Virus record (IMG/VR): IMGVR_UViG_3300044716_000844
Location: 1-64,000 of that record
Strand: one strand, 5' to 3'
DNA from: a virus
Length of the DNA: 64,000 nucleotides
The translations under genes and the position numbers were made by a program. Each line of letters begins with the position of its first letter. Position 1 is the first letter of the stretch. Shown piece after piece: positions 20,465 to 28,730 of this stretch. The notes beneath the pieces were generated by a model that made no database searches, had not been told where the DNA came from, and saw nothing but the letters and a program-made list of their open reading frames with translations.

Positions 20465-20841
20465 AGCAAGAGATATATCACAGACTTAACAATGAATATC
20501 GAGATGATTTAAATAACGTTGATATCGTTATAAGTAATGAGTACAACAATATCATTCGTCACTTCCACGAAAAAGTCGATCAGTGGATATATCCGGCAAA
20601 GAGTTATTTTGTAGCTGTATGTTATGCCAGTTGGATAGCAGAAGATTATAACGAAGATCTCATTGAACTTCTTAGAGATCCCATGTTACTTGCAGGTAAT
20701 GATCCATACTTTAAAACATACGATGAAGATCCTGAGACTTATGATAAGATATTAAGAGATATTGAGTTGCCATTAAAAATGAATGGCATGGTGCCAGATG
20801 TAAAGGAATATTATGATGAAGAGATTGCCTTTCGGATTTAA
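20446..20841 (+). CDS. Hypothetical protein in rSAM cluster
   Basis: 131-aa acidic ORF overlapping both neighbours. Confidence 0.6.
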   Translation: MQEWKIKQEIYHRLNNEYRDDLNNVDIVISNEYNNIIRHFHEKVDQWIYPAKSYFVAVCYASWIAEDYNEDLIELLRDPMLLAGNDPYFKTYDEDPETYDKILRDIELPLKMNGMVPDVKEYYDEEIAFRI

Positions 20842-21385
20842 CGATCTTTACCCGACTTCTGTGTATCTTTCGAAGATTAGTAAAGAAGACTGTGATACTA
20901 TATTAACTGGTGTGATGTCGAATGAAGTTGTTACATCGCCAAGTGATGATGACGCGTCACTTATCATACATAAGATTCCGAGACTGAAAGAACTTGCTGA
21001 AGAAAAGTTTGCTGAGTATCTTGATAAGGTATATGGTATAAGCATATACGACTATAACTTTAAATTTAAGTCATGGTTAACTGGTAACGGCGATGGGTAT
21101 AGTATGGATACACATAACCACGCAGGTGCACCGTTCGTTTCAGTCTTTTACATTATGGCGGAACATACTGATAAGGGTGGAGAAATTGTTTTCAACGATC
21201 CTCGAGTAAATGCAAACCGCGGATATACACTTGAGTTTCAACCACAGTTTAAGCCAACTGTTCATATGCCACAGACTGGTGATGTTGTAATTTTTCCAGG
21301 GTTTCTTTATCATCAAGTGAGAAAATATAATGCAAACCTTCGTATCGCTCTTCCAGTAGATCTATTCTTATACCATCAAGACTAA
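20813..21385 (+). CDS. 2OG-Fe(II) oxygenase-like protein (HxH type)
   Basis: THNHAG...SVFYI...GGEIVFNDPR...GDVVIFPGFLYHQV...RIAL. Confidence 0.85.
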   Translation: MMKRLPFGFNDLYPTSVYLSKISKEDCDTILTGVMSNEVVTSPSDDDASLIIHKIPRLKELAEEKFAEYLDKVYGISIYDYNFKFKSWLTGNGDGYSMDTHNHAGAPFVSVFYIMAEHTDKGGEIVFNDPRVNANRGYTLEFQPQFKPTVHMPQTGDVVIFPGFLYHQVRKYNANLRIALPVDLFLYHQD

Positions 21386-21414
21386 CGTACGATCTTTCAT
21401 ATACGGCGATAAAT

Positions 21415-21422
21415 TATAAATA
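21415..21422 (+). promoter_or_regulatory. T4-type late promoter
   Basis: Intergenic TATAAATA followed by a GAGGAG RBS and ATG at 21447. Confidence 0.85.
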
Positions 21423-21446
21423 GTCATAAGATTTGAGGAGATTTTC

Positions 21447-21779
21447 ATGGCTATTAAAGCAAACTTAGTTGTCGATCAAGGTACGACATTTACTGCTACT
21501 ATAGATCTAACAGATCCTAGTGGTGTAGTGTTTAATCTTACAAACTATACTGTAGCTGCGCAGATGAGAAAGAATTATACATCTTCAACTGCTACAACGT
21601 TCGTAGCAAACCATACTGGCGCTGGTGGTGAAATTAACTTATTGTTATCTGCTAATACGACGAGCGTATTAGCTCCAGGTAGATACCTCTACGACGTAGA
21701 AATTACTTCACCTGGTGGAGCCGTTACTCGTGTGGTAGAAGGTATTGTTACAGTAACTCCTGGAATAACGAGAGCTTAA
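21447..21779 (+). CDS. Virion structural protein (fibre/baseplate attachment-type, Ig-like)
   Basis: LVVDQGTTF...GRYLYDVEI...TRVVEGIVTVTP, a gene type common before fibres in T4-like phages. Confidence 0.65.
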   Translation: MAIKANLVVDQGTTFTATIDLTDPSGVVFNLTNYTVAAQMRKNYTSSTATTFVANHTGAGGEINLLLSANTTSVLAPGRYLYDVEITSPGGAVTRVVEGIVTVTPGITRA

Positions 21780-21780
21780 C

Positions 21781-22026
21781 ATGACAATTAAAGCAGTTGT
21801 TAGACAAGGAACTACGACTACAGCTAAGGTGACTCCTCAGCAGAATATTCTAGTCACTAATTACCAAGTAAGTACAAGCAATATTACACTTGATGATCTT
21901 TCTGATGTCGTCGTCGGCAATTTGCAAGACGGCGCGCTTTTGACTTACGATCAAACGTCACAATCTTGGAGAGCTCAGACCGTGATCGAGAATCCAAATA
22001 CAGAAATTAATGGAGGATTCTTCTAA
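21781..22026 (+). CDS. Small structural hypothetical protein
   Basis: 81 aa; LDDLSDV...DGALLTYD...W...INGGFF fibre-type motif. Confidence 0.6.
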   Translation: MTIKAVVRQGTTTTAKVTPQQNILVTNYQVSTSNITLDDLSDVVVGNLQDGALLTYDQTSQSWRAQTVIENPNTEINGGFF

Positions 22027-25000
22027 TGTCACTCATCAGAATCAAACGATCAGGATCTGGCGGCTCACCTGGTGCGCTTGCACAAGGTGAAATGGCATAT
22101 TCATTCCTCGGTGGAACACAATCAAACGGTGGTGATCGCCTTTACATCGGTACCGGAACTGAAACGTCAGGTGTTGCAGCAAATATTGAAGTGATTGGTG
22201 GTAAGTACTTTACTGCCATGCTTGATCATGTGCCAGGTACTCTAACCGCTACCTCTGCACTTATTGTCGATTCAAACAGCAAAATCGATATTTTAAATGT
22301 CGACAATATTACGATTAATGGCAATGCTATTACATCAACCGATACCAATGGTAACATTACTCTTGATCCAAATGGCACAGGAAATGTAGACGTTAACAGC
22401 CACAAGATCATTAACCTTGCTACTCCAACCACGAATACCGATGCTGCTACTAAGAAGTATGTCGATGACCAATTCGCAGGTGTTGCTGTTGCAGTTCGTA
22501 TTGCTGCAGATAGTGGTACTACTGATTCAGTTTTCACAAATGAAATTATTACATTTACTGGCGGAACTGCATTAACTTCAGCCGTATCAAATAACAATAT
22601 CACCATCAACCTCGACAACACCGCTGTGACTGCAGGCTCATATGGTAGCTCAAGTGCAATCCCTACGTTTACGGTTGACGCTCAAGGTAGATTGACTGCA
22701 GCAGGAACAGCAAGCCTTGAAACTAACCTTTCGATTGCCGGTGATTCTGGCACTGACACTGTTGCTCTTCTTACTGATACTCTTACGTTTACCGGTGGAA
22801 CAGCATTAACATCAGCTGTAACGAATAACACTGTTACTATCAACCTTGATAATACGGCTGTTACTGCTGGATCCTACGGCAGCTCAAGTGCAATCCCAAC
22901 ATTTACCGTAGATGCTCAAGGCCGACTCACAGCTGCTGGTACTGCAAGCCTTGCGACCAACCTTTCGATCGCCGGCGATTCCGGAACAGATACGGTTGCT
23001 CTTCTTACCGACACACTTACAGTTACTGGCGGAACTGGACTCACTTCAGCTGTAACAAATAACAATATCACCATCAATCTTGATAATACAGCCGTCACCG
23101 CTAGTTCTTATGGTAATGCAAACACTGTATCTACATTTACTGTTGACGCACAAGGTAGATTGACCGCGGCTGGAACAGCCACAATTGCGATTCCTTCGAC
23201 TCAAGTCACCGATTTTGTTGAAGCTGCTCAGGACGCTGTCGCGACAGCGTTTACAAATGGTACACAATCCGGTATCACTGTAACATATAACGATGTTGCT
23301 CATTCATTTAGTCTTAATGTTAACGACCCAACGATAACACTTTCAGGTGATGTTGCTGGTTCGGCTACAATGACTGACCTTGGCAACGTAACTATTACTA
23401 CCACCATTCAGGCAAACTCAGTCGCTCTTGGTACTGACACTACAGGTAACTATGTTGCCGGTGCGACGGGCGGTACAGGTGTTACAATTTCAGGTACTGC
23501 TGGTGAAGGCTGGTCACCAACTATTGCAATTGGACAAGACGTTGCAACAACTGCTAACGTAACTTTCCGTAACGTTACTTCAACAGGCGATGTTACTATT
23601 GATGGTAACTTGACTGTCTCTGGTAACACAATTACTATTGCTGCACAAACTCTTGCTATTCAAGACAACCTGATTTATTTAAATGAATCAGAAGCAGAAA
23701 CAATTAGTACCGTTACAGGTAACGGCACGACTGTAGTGTATACCGTTTCTGGTACAAACACATTTGACGTTGGCATGAGTGCTACTATCACAGGTGTTAA
23801 CCCAACTGCGTATAACTTATCTAATCAAACTATTACTGCTTCTAATAGTTCAACATTCAGTATTACAAATGCTGCTACTGGTTCTTATGTTTCTGGTGGT
23901 ACTGCTACTGCTAAAACTGCTGCTAACCCAGATCTGGGATTTGTCGGTAACTATAATGACGGCACATACGCTCACGCTGGTTTCTTCCGTGATGCTACAG
24001 ATGGTCGGTTTAAGGTCTTTAAAGGTTACGTACCAGAGCCGAGTGTATTCATTGATACCGCCAATAACACTTTCCAATATGCTGACTTCCAAGCAAATAC
24101 AGTATATGCAAACCTTTCTGGTACTGCAACAAGTGTATCAACTGATTTAACATTTAACGACGGTGGATCTGGTGCAGCATCAGGTACAACATTTAACGGC
24201 GGTACTGCTCGTACAGTTTCATATAACACGATTGGCGCGTCTCCTCTTGCTGGTTCTACCTCTCTTACCACATTAGGCACAATCGCAACTGGTACGTGGA
24301 ATGGATCATTAATTGCTGGTCAATATGGTGGCACTGGTGTCAATAATACCGGTCGTACGATTACGCTCGGAGGTAACATTTCTACTGCGAATAGTTTTAC
24401 AACGTCTGGTAACTTTGCTCTTACACTCACCTCTACTGCAGCGACTAACGTAACGTTACCAACAACTGGTACTCTTGCGACTCTTGCTGGAACAGAAACA
24501 TTTACTAACAAGACTCTGACTCTGCCAACCATTGGTGGAACCGGCGCAAGATTTAGTGGTTCTACTTCTGGTACAACTACATTGGTGGCATCTGCTGCAG
24601 CTGGCACAACTACGGTTACTCTTCCAGCTACGACTGGTACAGTGATCACAACTGGTGATACTGGTACAGTAACATCGACAATGATACTAGACGGTACGAT
24701 TGTTAACGCCGATATCAGCGCAAGTGCTGCTATTGTCGACACTAAACTAGCAACCATCTCGACCGCAGGTAAAGTATCTAACTCAGCAACAACTGCTACA
24801 AATCTCTCTACTGCATCAGCGATTGTAGCTCGTGATGCATCGAGCAACTTCTCTGCAAATACTATTACTGCAGCTCTTTCTGGAAATGCTACTACAGCTA
24901 CAACACTTCAAACCGGACGTACTATTACACTCTCGGGTGATGTTGCAGGTTCGGTATCATTCAATGGTAGTGCTGACGTCACAATCAACACGACAATTCA

Positions 25001-25235
25001 GTCTAACTCTGTTGCTCTTGGAACAGATACAACTGGCAACTATGCCGCAGATGTAAGTGTAGGAGCTGGTACTGGTCTGTCTATTACAGGCGCGGCCGGA
25101 GAAGGTATATCATATGTACTCTCTGGTGTTGATGCAACTACTACAACTAAGGGTGTAGCAAGCTTCAGCTCAACAAACTTTACTGTAACATCTGGAGCAG
25201 TGACAGTATCTACAATAGACGGTGGAACTTACTAA
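22026..25235 (+). CDS. Tail fibre protein
   Basis: 1069 aa; N-terminal IRIKRS...LAQGEMAYS; DAATKKYVD; internal repeats; ends IDGGTY. Confidence 0.75.
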   Translation: MSLIRIKRSGSGGSPGALAQGEMAYSFLGGTQSNGGDRLYIGTGTETSGVAANIEVIGGKYFTAMLDHVPGTLTATSALIVDSNSKIDILNVDNITINGNAITSTDTNGNITLDPNGTGNVDVNSHKIINLATPTTNTDAATKKYVDDQFAGVAVAVRIAADSGTTDSVFTNEIITFTGGTALTSAVSNNNITINLDNTAVTAGSYGSSSAIPTFTVDAQGRLTAAGTASLETNLSIAGDSGTDTVALLTDTLTFTGGTALTSAVTNNTVTINLDNTAVTAGSYGSSSAIPTFTVDAQGRLTAAGTASLATNLSIAGDSGTDTVALLTDTLTVTGGTGLTSAVTNNNITINLDNTAVTASSYGNANTVSTFTVDAQGRLTAAGTATIAIPSTQVTDFVEAAQDAVATAFTNGTQSGITVTYNDVAHSFSLNVNDPTITLSGDVAGSATMTDLGNVTITTTIQANSVALGTDTTGNYVAGATGGTGVTISGTAGEGWSPTIAIGQDVATTANVTFRNVTSTGDVTIDGNLTVSGNTITIAAQTLAIQDNLIYLNESEAETISTVTGNGTTVVYTVSGTNTFDVGMSATITGVNPTAYNLSNQTITASNSSTFSITNAATGSYVSGGTATAKTAANPDLGFVGNYNDGTYAHAGFFRDATDGRFKVFKGYVPEPSVFIDTANNTFQYADFQANTVYANLSGTATSVSTDLTFNDGGSGAASGTTFNGGTARTVSYNTIGASPLAGSTSLTTLGTIATGTWNGSLIAGQYGGTGVNNTGRTITLGGNISTANSFTTSGNFALTLTSTAATNVTLPTTGTLATLAGTETFTNKTLTLPTIGGTGARFSGSTSGTTTLVASAAAGTTTVTLPATTGTVITTGDTGTVTSTMILDGTIVNADISASAAIVDTKLATISTAGKVSNSATTATNLSTASAIVARDASSNFSANTITAALSGNATTATTLQTGRTITLSGDVAGSVSFNGSADVTINTTIQSNSVALGTDTTGNYAADVSVGAGTGLSITGAAGEGISYVLSGVDATTTTKGVASFSSTNFTVTSGAVTVSTIDGGTY
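22540..23190 (+). repeat. Three 78-aa (234-bp) tandem repeats
   Basis: ITINLDNTAVTAGSYG...TFTVDAQGRLTAAGT begins at 22599, ~22833 and 23067. Confidence 0.9.
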
Positions 25236-25285
25236 TACTATATACTCTCATAGGCTATATAGCCATTATACACAGATGAGGACAT

Positions 25286-26725
25286 ATGTCAACAATTATT
25301 AAAGCAAAAAGAAGTTCTGTTCAGGGTAAAGTCCCTCTTACGACTGACCTAGAACTTGGCGAGTTTGCTATCAACACATTCGACGGCAAGCTCTATATTA
25401 AGAAAAACGTTAACGGCACTGAAAGCATTGTTGACATCACAAGCGGTGGTGGAGCTAGCGCGTCATACGTAACTGACCAAGTAGTACTATCTACGACAAC
25501 TGCTAATCAAGTTGTAGATAGCTTCGCGCTCACAGCAGTACGAACTGTTAAATATTACGTAGAAGCAGCAACTTCAAGCTCATACCATGCTACAGAAATC
25601 CTGTTAACACATGATGGAACTGATTGCTACGTAACAGAATACGCAACCATTTTCTCGGGATCAAGCCTCATTTCGTTTAACGCTAATATTAGTAGCGGAA
25701 ACGTTAGATTATTAGCAACACCAGTAAATGCAAATACCACTGTAACTTTTGCAAGAATTGACGTACTTGAAGGTGGTGCAGTGGGTGGCGGTGGAAGCAC
25801 TTACACTCTTCCGACAGCAAATACAACTGTTCTTGGTGGTGTTAAAGTAGATGGGACGACCATTACGGTAGCCAATGGTGTTATTAGTTCTGCTGGCGGG
25901 GGCATAACGGCTGGTGACTATGTCGTAAGAGCTGTTAAGAACGGAACAGGACAAACTATTACAAACGGTACTGATACGGTTGTTACACTTGTTGATGATT
26001 TTGATCCTCAAAATTGGTTTGCGTCTAACAGATTCCAACCAACTATTGCAGGATATTATTCATTAACTGCGCAAATTTGGTGGGGCGCTGGTACTATAAA
26101 CAATAACCAAACCAATTTGCAATTAAGAAAAAATGGTAGTACTCAACTTGCGATTACACAAACTCCCGTTAACAATTCAACAGTTGGGGAATTTTTAAAC
26201 TTATCTACTATCGCATATTTTAACGGTACAACAGATTATGTTGAAGTTACAGCATATACTGCTAACCCAACTTCACAAGAGATCAACGGATCGCCAAACG
26301 GAACTTGGTTTACTGCAGCGTTGTACGCGTATGGATCAGCGGCAGGGTCAAGCAGTTTTTCCAACGAATATGTGCTTACCGGTACTACAACTGCTAATAC
26401 CGAAACCGAAATACTTGTCGGTGGTTCAACTCGAATTCCTGTACCAACAAATAAATCTGTAAACTATATTGTGAATATCGCAGCTAGAAGAACAGATACT
26501 CCCGGTGATTATGCTATGTTCGAACTTCAGGGTATAGCAGCAAACAGTAACGGAGCCGTAACTGATATCGGATCTGTTTATGAAGTCATTGTAGCAAGAA
26601 CAAATACTGGATATCTAGTTGACGCTCGAGCCGATGATACGAATAACACCATAAATATTTACGTGACAGGAGTGACTGGTCATACGATTAGTTGGAAAGC
26701 TTCGGCTCAGATAATAGAGGTTTAA
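25286..26725 (+). CDS. Tail fibre/adhesin-like protein
   Basis: N-terminal KRSSVQGKVP...LELGEFAINTFDGKLYIK; LPTANTTVLGGVKV; C1q/TNF-like FQPTIAGYYSL...LRKNG...NGTTDYVEV segment. Confidence 0.65.
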   Translation: MSTIIKAKRSSVQGKVPLTTDLELGEFAINTFDGKLYIKKNVNGTESIVDITSGGGASASYVTDQVVLSTTTANQVVDSFALTAVRTVKYYVEAATSSSYHATEILLTHDGTDCYVTEYATIFSGSSLISFNANISSGNVRLLATPVNANTTVTFARIDVLEGGAVGGGGSTYTLPTANTTVLGGVKVDGTTITVANGVISSAGGGITAGDYVVRAVKNGTGQTITNGTDTVVTLVDDFDPQNWFASNRFQPTIAGYYSLTAQIWWGAGTINNNQTNLQLRKNGSTQLAITQTPVNNSTVGEFLNLSTIAYFNGTTDYVEVTAYTANPTSQEINGSPNGTWFTAALYAYGSAAGSSSFSNEYVLTGTTTANTETEILVGGSTRIPVPTNKSVNYIVNIAARRTDTPGDYAMFELQGIAANSNGAVTDIGSVYEVIVARTNTGYLVDARADDTNNTINIYVTGVTGHTISWKASAQIIEV

Positions 26726-26727
26726 CA

Positions 26728-27210
26728 ATGGCTAGAAGAACTCGTAAATTTCTTTTTGATAACACCACTGGAACAGCTTATACTAACATTAACAATGTTA
26801 TAGGCGCGCCCCTTTCAAGCGTTGCAGCTGGACTTAGACCTAGAACATCTAGAGTTGCTATATCTGCAGCTGGTAGACCGGTTGTAAAACTTTTAGGAAA
26901 TAAGGCTGTATTCACTCGAGCGGCGTTATTAATATCGTCGGTATATCTAGAAGTCACTGATGCGAAAGGCGCTAGAACCGCGATCGCTGCACCTGCAGGC
27001 GGGCCTATTGATATTAAATTAAGAAAAGTTGATTCACTAAATGCTCCATCGATTTTAGGAACATATTCAATTACAAGTGGAAATACTTCTAATACATATT
27101 CTACATCTCTCAATGTATTAAGCACCGATACCGTGTTTATTGATGTTACTGAGGTAGGAACCATACGTCCTGGCACAGGACTAAACGTTGTAATAACATT
27201 TTACGGATAA
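26728..27210 (+). CDS. Hypothetical structural protein
   Basis: Start MARRTRK after GAGG; beta-rich C-terminus. Confidence 0.55.
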   Translation: MARRTRKFLFDNTTGTAYTNINNVIGAPLSSVAAGLRPRTSRVAISAAGRPVVKLLGNKAVFTRAALLISSVYLEVTDAKGARTAIAAPAGGPIDIKLRKVDSLNAPSILGTYSITSGNTSNTYSTSLNVLSTDTVFIDVTEVGTIRPGTGLNVVITFYG

Positions 27211-27215
27211 AGAAA

Positions 27216-27416
27216 ATGACAAGAGAAGAAATAATAGCCCAGTTTCAAGGAAGAAGTGAAACAGTACCAACCGTGTATATTTTTAATGGAAGTTTAAGCG
27301 ATCTAGAACAAGTAGCTGCAACAAGTATTAAAACATTTGGTGTACAAGATACTTTATACTTTATGCCGTTTGATCCCGAATACGTTCCGACAGATTCAAG
27401 AATGGAGATTTTGTAA
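27216..27416 (+). CDS. Hypothetical protein
   Basis: 66 aa, fits the operon spacing. Confidence 0.5.
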   Translation: MTREEIIAQFQGRSETVPTVYIFNGSLSDLEQVAATSIKTFGVQDTLYFMPFDPEYVPTDSRMEIL

Positions 27417-27417
27417 T

Positions 27418-28509
27418 ATGTATGCAAAGTTAGTAACAGGCGGTTCTGGAGTCTTACCTTCACTCTTAATTAGAGATATTATAGCTCTGTGTACATCCGC
27501 AACTCCATCAACCAGTAATTTAAGCGGAACTGGATTTAGCACTACATCAAGTGTTGTGGTTGATAATACTCCAGCAGGATGGACATATGTTCATAGCAGC
27601 TTAGATGGAGCAACACTAGGAAGTGCTTCGACTCCTGCCGCATCTTTAAACGATTGGTGGGCAATGAAATCTCCGTGTCTTGCTCCAGCTGGAAAAGAAA
27701 AGTTTGCGGTTATAAGCATAATTTGGAATGATAGCACTACGCACGGAGGCTTTTGGTTATCTGGGGCTTCAAACGTAGTAACTACTACTCTTACAAACAG
27801 AGGAGCGTATGGATATGCAACCGGCACCGCGGGGGCCTCGACAATAACAGGTGACGCGTACAACGGTTTTAGTACTCTTGCAAACCAGACTTTTCATCTG
27901 ATTGCAAGTCCAAGATTTGTATTAATAATAAAAGAAGGTGTAAAGTATCACGGTGTATTTGAACATAGCGTCACAGAATTAAACGAGTTTTATAATACGG
28001 CACCTTTTTGCCAACTTAATATTGGATCAGCTACTAGCGCCGTCGGAACTTCTGGACCTGGTGTGCTCGGTGGGGCTCAAGCGACTTCGGTGCTTGGCTC
28101 AGGTAATGGCCACAATTTGGAAATATTTAATTATACTGATCCCAATACGAATATAAATTACGGTGTTTTAAGTTTTGGTGGCCCAGGTGAAAGTAACATT
28201 GCTGCGGCTGCTTCATTAGCACAACAGCCATTCATATGGTCATCTAGGATGTCTGCAACATTATCAACAACCGGAGCCTCAAGAAATATTGTTAAACCAA
28301 TGATTTTCCACGGATTTAGTTATGGACTGCCAACTTGTTGGATCACTGGCATCAGCGATGTTTGGATGACCCGAGGCAGTGCTGGTACAACTGGAGACAC
28401 TATGATTATTAATGGTGAAACCTATACATATTTTAACGCAATTTCTTCCGCACAGGTTTCCGGAAATAAAACTGCCGGGTTTGTGGTGAATACAGGACAG
28501 ACGGCGTAA
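27418..28509 (+). CDS. Hypothetical structural protein
   Basis: Start MYAKLVTGG one base after the upstream stop; G/S/T-rich. Confidence 0.6.
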   Translation: MYAKLVTGGSGVLPSLLIRDIIALCTSATPSTSNLSGTGFSTTSSVVVDNTPAGWTYVHSSLDGATLGSASTPAASLNDWWAMKSPCLAPAGKEKFAVISIIWNDSTTHGGFWLSGASNVVTTTLTNRGAYGYATGTAGASTITGDAYNGFSTLANQTFHLIASPRFVLIIKEGVKYHGVFEHSVTELNEFYNTAPFCQLNIGSATSAVGTSGPGVLGGAQATSVLGSGNGHNLEIFNYTDPNTNINYGVLSFGGPGESNIAAAASLAQQPFIWSSRMSATLSTTGASRNIVKPMIFHGFSYGLPTCWITGISDVWMTRGSAGTTGDTMIINGETYTYFNAISSAQVSGNKTAGFVVNTGQTA

Positions 28510-28513
28510 AGAA

Positions 28514-28678
28514 ATGGCAGCAATAGCAGAAACTCCTATACAATCCGAATTAGACTTTTTTGCAGATCTAATAGAATATGATAGATTTGCTCCCATGACC
28601 CTTGGGTTTGTATATGATGGGCTTATTGATTTTAATGTCATTAGGCCAGAAAACGGCGTTCAAATCGTCGAAAGCTAA
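28514..28678 (+). CDS. Small 54-aa hypothetical protein (not in ORF track)
   Basis: MAAIAETPIQSELDFF...GVQIVES*; fills the gap before the next late promoter. Confidence 0.5.
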   Translation: MAAIAETPIQSELDFFADLIEYDRFAPMTLGFVYDGLIDFNVIRPENGVQIVES

Positions 28679-28691
28679 AATATTAAGTAGT

Positions 28692-28699
28692 TATAAATA
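28692..28699 (+). promoter_or_regulatory. T4-type late promoter
   Basis: Intergenic TATAAATA upstream of GGGGAG and the GTG at 28731. Confidence 0.8.
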
Positions 28700-28730
28700 C
28701 TACAAGAAGCACCACAGGGGAGAGTGATCC

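Noticed and set aside
25253-25264. Palindrome GGCTATATAGCC between fibre genes
   Set aside because: Short, single copy and without a U-tract; no function can be supported.
22026-26725. Diversity-generating retroelement targeting the fibres
   Set aside because: No reverse transcriptase and no template/variable repeat pair differing only at adenines was seen; the repeats differ at synonymous sites.
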